Assembly: GCA_900617105.1 (NCBI GenBank)
Contig: UYFQ01000771.1
Location: forward strand, 1-50,421
Direction: 5' to 3'
Source: Hydrurus foetidus
Taxonomy: Eukaryota
DNA length: 50,421 nt
In this document: one piece after another, positions 34,901 through 50,421 of the stretch
Layout of the letters: each line of letters starts with the position of its first letter
Numbering within the stretch: the first letter of the stretch is position 1
Program-made: the position numbers and the translations under genes
Notes under the pieces: generated by a model
Told to the model about the DNA's origin: nothing
The model's database searches: none
Seen by the model: the letters and a program-made list of their open reading frames with translations, nothing else

Positions 34901-37614
34901 ATGATTCACTTTTCTACCAAAATTGTAATTTTTTATTATCGACTTCATAATAAATGACTCACTTTTTCACGAAATAATCAGCAAAAATTAATGGTATTAT
35001 CATTTTCAGTAACAAATTGATAATAAAAAGTAGTAAAAATGTAGTCAATAATAACACAATTTTCATAAAAAATATACCGAATAAAAAGTGTCACTCATTA
35101 TTTTACATTCTCAGAAAACCCCGGAATCAGCTATTTTTTTTAATCCAACTCACAATTTTAGATGTAAACAAATGAAAAAATCTCGGCAAATAAAATCCTA
35201 GCTTTTTAATTTTATCCACTTTTCTTTTATCCACTTTTCTTTTATCCACTTTTCTTTTATCCACTTTTCTTTTTTGTTTTAGTATATTAGGAGTGTAAAT
35301 ATACCTCAGCTATGCTGATGCATTTGAGTCCAAAAGCAAGCATTCGAACTCGTTATCTATGACTTCTATAATGACGTTGCGCAAGCGCAACGGGCGCCTG
35401 AAGGGCGCCTTATCTCTAGTCGAACTATACAAAAAATTGTCACCGACTTCATAATAAATGATTCACTTTTCTACCAAAATTGTAATTTTTTATTATCGAC
35501 TTCATAATAAATGACTCACTTTTTCACGAAATAATCAGCAAAAATTAATGGTATTATCATTTTCAGTAACAAATTGATAATAAAAAGTAGTAAAAATGTA
35601 GTCAATAATAACACAATTTTCATAAAAAATATACCGAATAAAAAGTGTCACTCATTATTTTACATTCTCAGAAAACCCCGGAATCAGCTATTTTTTAATC
35701 CAACTCACAATTTTAGATGTAAAAAATGAAAAAATCTCGGCAAATAAAATCCTAGCTTTTTAATTTTATCCACTTTTCTTTTATCCACTTTTCTTTTATC
35801 CACTTTTCTTTTATCCACTTTTCTTTTTTGTTTTAGTATATTAGGAGTGTAAATATACCTCAGCTATGCTGATGCATTTGAGTCCAAAAGCAAGCATTCG
35901 AACTCGTTATCTATGACTTCTATAATGACGTTGCGCAAGCGCAACGGGCGCCTGAAGGGCGCCTTATCTCTAGTCGAACTATACAAAAAATTGTCACCGA
36001 CTTCATAATAAATGATTCACTTTTCTACCAAAATTGTAATTTTTTATTATCGACTTCATAATAAATGACTCACTTTTTCACGAAATAATCAGCAAAAATT
36101 AATGGTATTATCATTTTCAGTAACAAATTGATAATAAAAAGTAGTAAAAATGTAGTCAATAATAACACAATTTTCATAAAAAATATACCGAATAAAAAGT
36201 GTCACTCATTATTTTACATTCTCAGAAAACCCCGGAATCAGCTATTTTTTTTAATCCAACTCACAATTTTAGATGTAAAAAAACGAAAAAATCTCGGCAA
36301 ATAAAATCCTAGCTTTTTAATTTTATCCACTTTTCTTTTATCCACTTTTCTTTTATCCACTTTTCTTTTTTGTTTTAGTATATTAGGAGTGTAAATATAC
36401 CTCAGCTATGCTGATGCATTTGAGTCCAAAAGCAAGCATTCGAACTCGTAATCTATGACTTCTATAATGACGTTGCGCAAGCGCAACGGGCGCCTGAAGG
36501 GCGCCTTATCTCTAGTCGAACTATACAAAAAATTGTCACCGACTTCATAATAAATGATTCACTTTTCTACCAAAATTGTAATTTTTTATTATCGACTTCA
36601 TAATAAATGACTCACTTTTTCACGAAATAATCAGCAAAAATTAATGGTATTATCATTTTCAGTAACAAATTGATAATAAAAAGTAGTAAAAATGTAGTCA
36701 ATAATAACACAATTTTCATAAAAAATATACCGAATAAAAAGTGTCACTCATTATTTTACATTCTCAGAAAACCCCGGAATCAGCTATTTTTTTTAATCCA
36801 ACTCACAATTTTAGATGTAAAAAAACGAAAAAATCTCGGCAAATAAAATCCTAGCTTTTTAATTTTATCCACTTTTCTTTTATCCACTTTTCTTTTATCC
36901 ACTTTTCTTTTATCCACTTTTCTTTTTTGTTTTAGTATATTAGGAGTGTAAATATACCTCAGCTATGCTGATGCATTTGAGTCCAAAAGCAAGCATTCGA
37001 ACTCGTAATCTATGACTTCTATAATGACGTTGCGCAAGCGCAACGGGCGCCTGAAGGGCGCCTTATCTCTAGTCGAACTATACAAAAAATTGTCACCGAC
37101 TTCATAATAAATGATTCACTTTTCTACCAAAATTGTAATTTTTTATTATCGACTTCATAATAAATGACTCACTTTTTCACGAAATAATCAGCAAAAATTA
37201 ATGGTATTATCATTTTCAGTAACAAATTGATAATAAAAAGTAGTAAAAATGTAGTCAATAATAACACAATTTTCATAAAAAATATACCGAATAAAAAGTG
37301 TCACTCATTATTTTACATTCTCAGAAAACCCCGGAATCAGCTATTTTTTTAATCCAACTCACAATTTTAGATGTAAAAAAACGAAAAAATCTCGGCAAAT
37401 AAAATCCTAGCTTTTTAATTTTATCCACTTTTCTTTTATCCACTTTTCTTTTATCCACTTTTCTTTTATCCACTTTTCTTTTTTGTTTTAGTATATTAGG
37501 AGTGTAAATATACCTCAGCTATGCTGATGCATTTGAGTCCAAAAGCAAGCATTCGAACTCGTAATCTATGACTTCTATAATGACGTTGCGCAAGCACAAC
37601 GGGCGCCTGAAGGG
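19968..37614 (+). repeat. Tandem array of ~32 copies of a 533-557 bp AT-rich unit; probable head-to-tail non-autonomous Helitron
   Basis: Each unit ends GTTGCGCAAGCGCAAC GGGCGCCTGAAGGGCGCCT TATCT CTAG and the next begins TCGAAC (junctions 20489/20490, 21022/21023, 21578/21579); internal 15-bp subrepeat TTTTATCCACTTTTC x3-4. The array is certain; the Helitron origin is inferred. Confidence 0.85.
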
Positions 37615-37883
37615 TGTGGTCTGACGGCGGGGCCTAGGACGGGAGGCGAAGTTGGAGAAGGCGGAGGACGGAAGGCGTGGGCAAACGAAGGCAAAGTCGA
37701 GAGTCGGTGGAATAGACTTGTGTTAGTATCTTACAGTTGAGTATATACAAGTGATGTGTACGCTAAGTGCATTCACGTCATATGTGGAACTAAGACCTAA
37801 AAGTGGAATCTGAGCGTAATATACCTATTGTACCTAGTTAACCTAGACACATTGTCTTCCCTTAGGAATGCAATAAGGCTACA
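37615..37883 (-). repeat. Gypsy 3' LTR
   Basis: Direct repeat of 41870-42138, adjacent to the PPT. Confidence 0.95.
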
Positions 37884-38071
37884 CTACCCCTTCTTCCTTT
37901 TTTGAAGATCTTTGATTTGATATACAGAAAAAAAGAGATATGTAAAACATATATATGAGATATAGATGAAACGATTATGTCAGACTTTTACTGACTAAAC
38001 TCTCCAAAAAAGACCCGTAGGTAAAAAAAATAGGAGAGAATCCTCATGGATAAAGTTTCAAATATATTAAG

Positions 38072-40240
38072 TCATCGATGTTGCTTATTGATTAATTTAG
38101 TCATGTTATTATGACGTAAATAATCATGAAGTTTATCAACATCACGAAGACTTGAATAAGGTTCCCAAGTGTTTTTGTCTGAAGGGTAATTTAACCATTT
38201 GACTAAAAACTCTATGTGGGTACGTTGGTGTTTGCCACGATGATCAAGAATGTCTTCAACAAAGTATTCCATGTGATCACGTCGTGCAACATCCAACGGA
38301 TTTGTGATTGAAGGGTCAAATAGAAAAGGTTTCATTGCAGAAACATGAAACTCTGAAGTTTTCTGAGTGACTAAATCATAAAGTGTGTAACGCGAATTTT
38401 CGCCACTAACGACTTTTAATGGGCCTCTCCAATGCGTGTGAAGACGTGAAGGAGGGATCCATCGCGATAGTGCACTAAGACATAAGAGTCTTTTGGATAA
38501 TCTACATGCTGAAAAACTTGAGACTGACTTTGATGAAGCAAATCTGTGCGAAGAAGTTCTTTAGCAGAAGCTTTAAGAAGACTGTCTTGCGTTTTGAGTA
38601 GATTGCTCATACGCTTTGACAAAGGTTTGTCATCAGTAACATTTCGCTCAGCAGGAGGTAAAAAGATACCTCTATCGAGTTTTAGTACATTTCCGAAAAG
38701 AAGTTGAGAAGATGATATTTTTAAACGATCACTGTGATTAGAATTTAAAATTCGTTGCACAAATGGAAGTGACGTTTTATAATCTTCTAGTGTGACATTA
38801 TCGAATGTTAATGCACGAAGATGTCTATTAACTTCTTTATTCATGCGCTCAACAATAGCATTTTCTTCTTTAGAATATGCTAAAGTAAGACAATGTTGAG
38901 TGCCAATAAGAGTTAGAAACTCTTTGATGACTTCGGAAATGAAGTGTGGCCCATTATCAGAACGGAGTTGGAGAGGTGCGCCGAAACGACCGAAATGTTG
39001 CAAGAGGCATTTAGCTGTTGAAAGTGCTGTAGCATCTTCTGTATGAAACAGTTCAACCCATCTTGTGAACGTATCGATAATTACGAGTACGTACCCGCCG
39101 TCTGGAAACGGTCCTATGAAGTCTATGTTAAGGCATTCCATAGGTGTGTAAGTAGAAGTTGAGAAACCATGAGCATGTATTGGTATCTTTAACATACTCA
39201 TTTTCTGACAACACGAACAGTGATCTATGAACCACCTGACATGCTGACGCATATATTGCCATACTATCTTTTTGTCAATGAGACGCTTTAAAGTGCGCTC
39301 AAGGCCAAAATGCCCAACTTGTGAATTGTGTACTTTACTGATTGTATTGTACTGATCACGTGTTAGTTTGAATTTTTCAATAGTATTAGCAGACATGATT
39401 GCATCAGGAGTATATTCCTGAGGGAAATCAACCATGTTATTGCGACAGAGTCGAGACATCGAATCAGCTATATCATTGTTAGCACCAGGTATATATTCAA
39501 TTTTAAATGAATATTCGGATAAGGCCATAAACCACCGAACAATCATTGGATTTGAATTATCCTTGATGTATAACAAGTTACGATGATCTGTACGCAATGT
39601 GAACGTACGATCACGTAATAGCGATTTTAAATACGTGCACGAATAAAAGATAGCATATGCTTCTTTTTGTATAACAGCCCAACGAAGCTGAGCTTTGTTA
39701 AGTGATTTACTGACAAATGCTATGGGCGTTTCTTGACCGTCAACTAACTGGAAAAGATAGGCACCTACACCATAGTCCGATGCATCAGTGTGCAAGTAAA
39801 TCGGATCGGTGTCACTTAAAAAGTGCATAGTCGTGCATTTTGAAATCTCGATTTGATCAAATTGAATGCTCTGAGAGCTTCTATTGTCCAAGTTATTTTC
39901 TTATACTTATTATAGTTAAGAAGCAACTGATGTAACGGGTATACAACAGTAGAAGCGTTTCTAACAAAGTCGTGAAAATAATTAACCAATCCTAAAAAAC
40001 TTTTGAGTTGTTTAGATAGTACTGGTTTAGGAAAATCTAAGACAGTCCGTATTTTTTCTTGTGACATTCTAAGTCCATCTGCAGATAGAACTTTGCCAAC
40101 ATAATATTTCGGCATAGCCTAGATAACACTTATTCGGTTTAAGGAATATTTTGTGTTTTCTAAAAGATCAAACAAAAGACGGTGTCTAGTATTAAAGTTC
40201 GTCTATGATCTTTTACCGAGCATAATCATCTATGTGCAGC
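38072..40240 (-). pseudogene. Gypsy pol remnant: RT C-terminus, RNase H, integrase, chromodomain (several frameshifts)
   Basis: HIDD remnant near 40225-40236, KQLKSFLGLVNYF, LHTDASDYGVGA, TDHRNL, HNSQVGH...CSCC, IDFIGP/SDNGPHF/NAIVER, and chromodomain YFVEDILDHR...EFLVKW...NTWEP (38072-38335). Confidence 0.92.
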
Positions 40241-40379
40241 AGGTGTGGAAGATATGACAATTGAAAGGAATAGAGTTCTTGGCTATCCATTTTTCAGAAG
40301 AAAGAATGAGATGTTGATGAATTGTATTTGGTTGCGATTGAGATCAAATGAATCGTCACCTTTTGAATGTGTTCTTCGA

Positions 40380-41767
40380 TCAGCTAAGTTTGTCGATGTC
40401 TGCGAGTGATCTGATAGTAGCAGGTATTTGACGAAGAGGAAAAGGATAGAAGAGGAAGACAGATGAAGAAGAGGTCGATGTCTTAGGTAAAGTTGGAATA
40501 AACTTAGCCTTTGAATCGACTTTCAACAACTGCTTATGACCCTCAGAGTTGATATAGGGTGAGTCTGTACTGTTATAGTACGGAGACGTAGTGTAGAAAC
40601 ACGTGGCGACGAAATGGCCGAGTCTCCCACAACCTGTGCACAGAGGTCTTTCGAATTTGTCAGACTTGTCTGATTGCACTGATTGTTCGCTCTCTCGTGG
40701 ACGTTTTTGATTTTGTCCTGAGAGGAACGAGGAGGAGCTTTGATTTGGCGAGAGTGATCACCATACAAAGGAGAGACATCAATGAACCGTAAGGCATCAA
40801 TTGATTCTCGTAGCTTAGCAAGCTGCGCAAGCCATACGAATCGAAAGTCTTCGATTGTAATGAGTCTTGGCGTTGTATTGTTAAGACTACGCTGTAACAC
40901 TGCTCTCCAATTGATAGGTTCGACAGGCAACTTATCGATTAGAATTTTGGTTGCCTGAAGTTGGAGAGCGGGTGTTGCATCAGGGAATCCATCAACAATA
41001 TCAGCTAAAAGCTGATCTGTCTTGTCTTCCACTGATTTATCCTTCAGGTCGAATTGAAGTGCGACCTGAGAGACAGTTTCAATGAAACTCAGCTTGTCAG
41101 TTCGATTGACAGCTGATGTAGGAACTGTGAGATTGAGTTCTCTACAGAACAATTGATTCGACCAATGTTTCCAATTGTTACAGGAGTCGCGACGATCGGG
41201 ATCAGTTGCAAACTTACGCTTGAGAAGCGTTGTAAACGATTGATGGTTGGAAACATGGACTACGTCAACTGGTTTAAATGGAGTTCCATTTGAAAGGAGG
41301 ACCTCCATTACCCGTAGTACTTCCTGACGAGAGGGCACGGCGCTCAACTTAGGAGCTCTCTCACCCGTCTGCACATATTGCTGGGGTGGTGCCATCGTCC
41401 TTGGAATAGGATTCTCAGCAATAGCTGGTGTCGCAGTTGAATCTGGTATCACAGCCGAAGCTGGTATCGCAGCCGAAGCTGGTGTCGCAGCCGGAGCTGG
41501 TTGCAATGACAAAGCAGATAACGCCGAAATGACAGGAATATCAATGACAGACATGACCGCAGGCTCCGAATTCCGCTGAGGAATCGGTGCAGACAGGTCG
41601 CCGGCGGGGTCCTGAGCCGCAGGTGGCCCAGGAGACTCTGCGTCTCCACTACGATTGTGATGGTCGTCATAGCGTTGTCGGAACGCGACGGCTACAGCTC
41701 GAGGTTGCTGCTTTCGCCGAAGGGCGTTGATGGAGGATGTCTTTTTGTCTTGGCGGCGTAGAGCCAT
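40380..41767 (-). pseudogene. Gypsy gag (frameshifted) with CCHC zinc knuckle
   Basis: 414-aa ORF after the 5' LTR; CTGCGRLGHFVATC knuckle lies in the overlapping frame 40380..40679. Confidence 0.75.
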
Positions 41768-41869
41768 AACTTTGACGTGATGGTTTAAGTTGGAGGAGTC
41801 GAAGACAAAAAGTCGGAAAAGAGAAAAACTTTCTCGGAGGAAACTTCGGTGAAGACCGAATATCGATAT

Positions 41870-42138
41870 TGTGGTCTGACGGCGGGGCCTAGGACGGGAG
41901 GCGAAGTTGGAGAAGGCGGAGGACGGAAGGCGTGGGCAAACGAAGGCAAAGTCGAGAGTCGGTGGAATAGACTTGTGTTAGTATCTTACAGTTGAGTATA
42001 TACAAGTGATGTGTACGCTAAGTGCATTCACGTCATATGTGGAACTAAGACCTAAAAGTGGAATCTGAGCGTAATATACCTATTGTACCTAGTTAACCTA
42101 GACACATTGTCTTCCCTTAGGAATGCAATAAGGCTACA
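41870..42138 (-). repeat. Gypsy 5' LTR
   Basis: Direct repeat of 37615-37883. Confidence 0.95.
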
Positions 42139-42889
42139 TCTCGACGTCGCTCTCGATTAGATACCAGTGTTGTTGAGATGATTCTGTTCTGCAAACTCAA
42201 CTATAAGCTGATTCCTAACCTAACTCCAGATATTAGTTCTGCAACTATCAAGAACCACATTCCCATCAGAATCAGCGATCCCAATATGCAAGTGGAGCTG
42301 CAGGCGATGAATGTAGACCCACACGCCAATGACAGCGAGTCTGATGTAGAAGCTGATGTCGTAGATTATGATTAGAATTAAAAAGTATTCTTGTTTATGA
42401 TAGTAATGAGTTCTTCACTATTGACTTAGTTCGTATGCTGAAACAGTGGTTGAATCTATGTTTTCTGTTTTGCGTAATTATTTCTAATTAATAGAAAACC
42501 TTCGAATGATTTTACTGAGTGAAATTAAGTTTGAAGGAAAAAGCATTCGAAGGAAATTCTTGAAAATCGTTTTCAAATGGTCGAGCATTCCAGGGAAATT
42601 ATTGGAAATCATTTGTAAATGCTTCTGGCCCATTTGTGAAGGTAATATCATTCGAAGGTTTGAAAAGAACTTTCCTTCATAAATGGTCTTTTCCTTCACA
42701 AAGGAAATATTTCCGGATAAAAAAAACTTCACGAACCCTTCACCTCCCCTTCGTTCTACCCGGGAAAGTTATCCAGCATCGGAACCCAGCCTCGCGAGCC
42801 AGCATTTTTTTCAAAAACTTCCGATTCGGGATTCGAATCCGGACTAGGTCATAATTAATTAGGTTGCAGAAAACCAAGCAGATAACATC

Positions 42890-46820
<3,931 letters not shown>

Positions 46821-47108
46821 CGGCACATAATTCCATTTTCTAAATTTAACGAACTCTTTTTTGACATGATATCCTTATTCAAAGTGTCATGAGGACTTTC
46901 AAAATGCTCTAAAATTTCAAGATTCGCGGTTTACTCAAATTTGGTTACCAGGTTTGATTTATACGGTTTGCAGCCACCATTTGTCGATTTATACGGTTTA
47001 TGTGTGCGAATTTTATCCGGTAAAAAAATGCTGGCAAAAAAGGCTGGGTCGGCTGGATAACCGGGCCGCGTTCTACCTGTGCCGGTTTTGTGCGAAATTT
47101 TTCGTATA

Positions 47109-49173
47109 CCGTAGTGACCGGATACTTCATAAACGGCTAACTTCATAATCGAGGTCTTTTTATAAGAGCATCCGATTCTCACTGACGGTTTCTCAAAAGT
47201 AGCTTTTTAGGTACAATCAATTACTTTTTTACTTTTATTAAACTATCCTAAAACTTGTCTTAACGGTATTTAATCACTCTCATTGCCGCTTTCCATATCA
47301 GAGGTAACACCCAATTCCTCCGCATCAGATGTGAAACCCAATTCCTCGACGTTCTCTTCATTCTCATGCCCCTCATCAATAGCTTGATCATTGTCATCAA
47401 GCTGATTAGCTTGGAGTTCCATCGCCTGCTGCATTTCATCAGATCTCATTGCAGTGAAGAAACCAGCATTAGCAAACGAGTCTTGGATGCATGCTCTCAT
47501 CTCCGGCGTCTTCAATGCTAGAATCCCCCTCTGGACAAAACCAGTCAAAAAAGGTTTAAGAGCGCCCATGGTGAGCTTGGGAGAAAACAGCGCAACGGGA
47601 GCACCACTCTGTTTGTGAACTTGGAACAAATCATCGATATGATCACGGTATGCTTTACGCACTGCATTCTTGAAAGGCTTATTAATGACAACATCGCATT
47701 CTTGCATCACGTCAGTACAACCGGCTGGAACGAACAGTGGATATATGTTGTGACTCTTCATGAATGCTAACACCGCCTCGTCCTTGTGCGTGTAATGCAG
47801 GTCGTGCTTGAGTATCGTCCCTTGTGTGGGGGGCAGCCGTAGAGCTAGTATCATGTTGTTCTTGTACGGCACGACAACTTTCTCGAGGAGTTCGATGTAG
47901 GTTTGAGGAGACTGCCAATGACTTTTAGTATGCGTCCACAAACAATCATCAGGTTTTCCCCCCTTTGGGGGATGGCACCTTTCAGTCGTTCCCTGAAATA
48001 TCATTTGATATGGCAAAATGTCACCTGCCTCTGTAGCAAATATGGTAGCAGTAATCTGTGCTTTGTCTTCGCCCATGCCTAGAATTCGGACTCGCTTTGA
48101 TCCGACAACATTTCGTGTCACATTTGCTCGGCTGACTAATAGGACAGCTGTTTCATCTCCGTTTATGACCAATTTTGGAGGTACTCTGTATCTGTAGATC
48201 AGCTCGGCTCCAATCTTTAGGTACTTGCTCTTCTTCTCCTCGAAGTTTTGAGGAAGTTCCCGCATTTTGCTTGTGCATACTCGAAGAACAAGATTATGAC
48301 GCCTGTAGAATCTCATTGCCCATGAGTGTCCGTAAGTGCATTTCCCACCGTGCTCCTTCAAGAGTCCTTGCTTGCCTGCAGCAGTCAGGTGCACAACCAA
48401 ATATCGCCGTAGGTTCTCATCATCTACTGACAGTCCAGCACTTCTCGCATTATGAAAATCTGCCAGTAGAAGGTTGTCAATTTCGCTTCCATAATCTGGC
48501 AATCTCGGATTTAAAACTACTTTCTTTTTTTTGCCAAGGTCTTTCTTCCATGTGTTCAACCTTTGGTAAGCCGCAGTCGATGTTACTCCTTCGAAATCAC
48601 TGGCGAAATTCTTAATTGCTGAATCGTTGGAAGACGTCAGTGCGTCGTAGGCAATATCTTCCCAGTTTTCAGGACGCGATTGCCAAAGTTTCGTTTTCTT
48701 TTGTGCGGGACGAAGATCAGGAATTTCTTCTGCCAGTCCATCTATTTCGTCCTGCACTCTCTCCTCATCCGTTCGCTTGTCTTCAGCAATTTCTGCATTC
48801 CTTGCATCATCTCTTCTTTTTCTCGCAGCCAATCTGTCTGCCTCCCTCTGCTCTTCAATTTGTGCGCGTCGCATGTCTTTCTTGACTGCCTCTGCTGCTT
48901 CTCTCTCTTCGTCTCTGAAATTCTGGACGCTTAAATTTGCCAAGTGATGCTTTTTCTTCACAGAACTGAAGAAGTTTCTGAGATCCATTTTGCGCCGAGC
49001 ACTTATCATACTGAGGATGTTGACTGAGCTTTCTGAATATGAGTGTGACCGCCTGCTTCATAATCGCTTACCTTCATAATTTTGAAAAAAGAATTATAAA
49101 TGCATCCGGTTTACACTTATGGTCCAACAGCAGAATTATGGTCCGACGATTATGAAGTATCCAGTCACTACGG
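47109..49173 (-). mobile_element. pogo-type (Tc1/mariner-related) DNA transposon
   Basis: 24-bp TIRs CCGTAGTGAC(C/T)GGATACTTCATAA with one mismatch; TA at both flanks (47107-47108, 49174-49175). Confidence 0.94.
47270..49009 (-). CDS. pogo-like DD35D transposase (CENP-B-type HTH plus DDE_1 domain)
   Basis: Intact 579-aa ORF; HSWAMRFYRRHNL, NGDETA, KHDLHYTH, VPAGCTDVMQECD with 35 residues between the second and third Asp. Confidence 0.92.
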   Translation of the reverse strand: MISARRKMDLRNFFSSVKKKHHLANLSVQNFRDEEREAAEAVKKDMRRAQIEEQREADRLAARKRRDDARNAEIAEDKRTDEERVQDEIDGLAEEIPDLRPAQKKTKLWQSRPENWEDIAYDALTSSNDSAIKNFASDFEGVTSTAAYQRLNTWKKDLGKKKKVVLNPRLPDYGSEIDNLLLADFHNARSAGLSVDDENLRRYLVVHLTAAGKQGLLKEHGGKCTYGHSWAMRFYRRHNLVLRVCTSKMRELPQNFEEKKSKYLKIGAELIYRYRVPPKLVINGDETAVLLVSRANVTRNVVGSKRVRILGMGEDKAQITATIFATEAGDILPYQMIFQGTTERCHPPKGGKPDDCLWTHTKSHWQSPQTYIELLEKVVVPYKNNMILALRLPPTQGTILKHDLHYTHKDEAVLAFMKSHNIYPLFVPAGCTDVMQECDVVINKPFKNAVRKAYRDHIDDLFQVHKQSGAPVALFSPKLTMGALKPFLTGFVQRGILALKTPEMRACIQDSFANAGFFTAMRSDEMQQAMELQANQLDDNDQAIDEGHENEENVEELGFTSDAEELGVTSDMESGNESD

Positions 49174-49214
49174 TAGGTTCGCTGTTAGGAACACTGAACA
49201 AAGGAACACTGAAC

Positions 49215-49659
49215 TAGGGTCTGACACAACCGCCCTTCCCGTCTTTGGGGCGGTTTACACTCACCTAAAAAATCAGTCCGTCTTTTCCCGTCTTTCTTAC
49301 TTTTTGTCATGAAGAAAAAGTTATTCTAAAAAAGTAAATGTGCCATCCTCCGGCTCTGCTAATTTCCTATCCAAAACCGTCTTAAAAATTGTTCATAACT
49401 TCCCTTGTACCGTTCATACCAATACGTGGGGTGTTTCGAACCTGGGGTGAGGAGCCTAAAAATTATTTTTTGTCGAATTATTTATTTCGCGTTTTGGATG
49501 AATTAGAGCTGTGTTTGAGTAGGACCTAAGTAGAGGAACAAGAATCTGCATTAAAAAGTTGAAAATTCGTCATGGTCGTGGAGATATAGCTGAGGCGGTT
49601 TTCAGGGGCGGAAAAAAAGCCGGATTGAGGATTTCTAGGGGCGGTTGTGTCAGACCCTA
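49215..49659. mobile_element. Non-autonomous hAT-type MITE (445 bp)
   Basis: Perfect 21-bp TIR TAGGGTCTGACACAACCGCCC; 8-bp TSD CACTGAAC at 49207-49214 and 49660-49667. Confidence 0.92.
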
Positions 49660-49748
49660 CACTGAACACAGAACACGGAACACGGTTAACATCGCCTATA
49701 GAAAGTAATGCACAAATGCTCTACACTGTACCCTTCACAAAACTATTT

Positions 49749-50128
49749 ATGATTGGGATTGTACGAGAGCTGTACAAGCGGCTGCTCTTCGCAGGCAGGA
49801 GCTATCCCCAAGGTCTTGGATACGTCCGTGAGAAAGTGAAAGCAGGTATTGCGATATCTCCGCAAATTGACATGCTTGGACCTGTACAATCAAGTGTCAC
49901 TCCGGCAACGCATCTATGCGGTTCATTGTCTTCAGTACTCCTATCTCTTACTAATTCGTTGTTGATGTCTGATTCTGATAATAAACTGAAGGTTTCGAAA
50001 AGAATCGTGATTTAATTGATGATACCGCGATAAAGAAGGCGATCTCGTTTGGGCGATATCAGGCCAGAGAAATTAGGGCTATCTCTCAACTACACAAGTA
50101 CAGGTCTATGCGCCAACGTTACAGTTAA
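49749..50128 (+). CDS. LYRM5: LYR-motif protein, LYRM5/ETFRF1-like, 77 aa, exons 49749-49845 and 49992-50128
   Basis: Spliced product MIGIVRELYKRLLFAGRSYPQGLGYVREKVKAGFEKNRDLIDDTAIKKAISFGRYQAREIRAISQLHKYRSMRQRYS shows the LYK..L..GR.YP.G and KYR.M.QRY motifs of LYRM5; GT-AG intron 49846-49991. Confidence 0.88.
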
Positions 50129-50421
50129 ATTTTTCCTTGACGCAGTGACTCCTTGGAAATTTCTCATAAGTAAAGAAGATTCCGTGATATCTACTGGAAG
50201 GCAGAAGGTTAGACAATCTATGCACAGGGAGAGAAAATGGTGTTCTGGATAACACTTCAGCAGATGAAGCTCTTCGATATATTTCGTCCAGCTAATATCG
50301 AATTTTTAAAGATAATCTCCAACAATCATTCGCACGAAGAGGAGTACTCCTCAGTAAAGGTCTTTGATAAGATAGTCGAACATATTTTGGACAGAATGCG
50401 GCGGAAGACGTTTGGATTTAC

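Larger units (their letters stand above)
37615..42138 (-). mobile_element. Ty3/Gypsy chromovirus-type LTR retrotransposon, internally deleted
   Basis: Two apparently identical 269-bp TG...CA LTRs; order gag, RT remnant, RNase H, integrase, chromodomain; PPT AAAAGGAAGAAGGGGTAG at ~37884-37901. Confidence 0.94.

Noticed and set aside
19968..37614. CRISPR array or rDNA/snRNA tandem array
   Set aside because: Units are near-identical along their whole length with no unique spacers; no cas genes and no recognisable rRNA, tRNA or snRNA sequence.
42178..42375. 65-aa ORF right of the Gypsy LTR
   Set aside because: Short, no motif; cannot be supported as a gene.
50238..50421. Open frame running off the window end (MVFWITLQQ...)
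   Set aside because: Too short and without recognisable similarity.

Overview
Eukaryotic, transposon-dense window (spliceosomal GT-AG introns; a protist/stramenopile-like host is only a guess). Left to right: (1) Ty1/Copia element A on the minus strand, cut by the window edge, with a tRNA-type PBS, a CCCH zinc finger and an unexplained ~550-aa block before the protease; (2) a gene fragment interrupted by A; (3) two related Copia elements, B (7067-18218) and C (12611-18212), with C inserted one base from the end of B's 3' LTR; (4) an orphan ORF; (5) a ~17.6-kb array of about 32 copies of a ~533-557-bp unit with Helitron-type ends (5'-TC...hairpins-CTAG-3') joined head to tail; (6) a deleted chromodomain-bearing Ty3/Gypsy element; (7) a Mutator/MULE element with 9-bp TSD whose spliced transposase carries a CW zinc finger; (8) an intact pogo-type DD35D element; (9) a hAT-type MITE; (10) one host gene, a two-exon LYRM5/ETFRF1-like gene. 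Most notable: Copia B and C have no tRNA PBS. The 12 nt after each 5' LTR are perfectly complementary to a 12-mer ~100 nt upstream in their own LTR, with compensatory changes between the two elements and a shared predicted RNA fold. This suggests self-primed reverse transcription in a Copia lineage. All calls were made by eye; no database searches were run.
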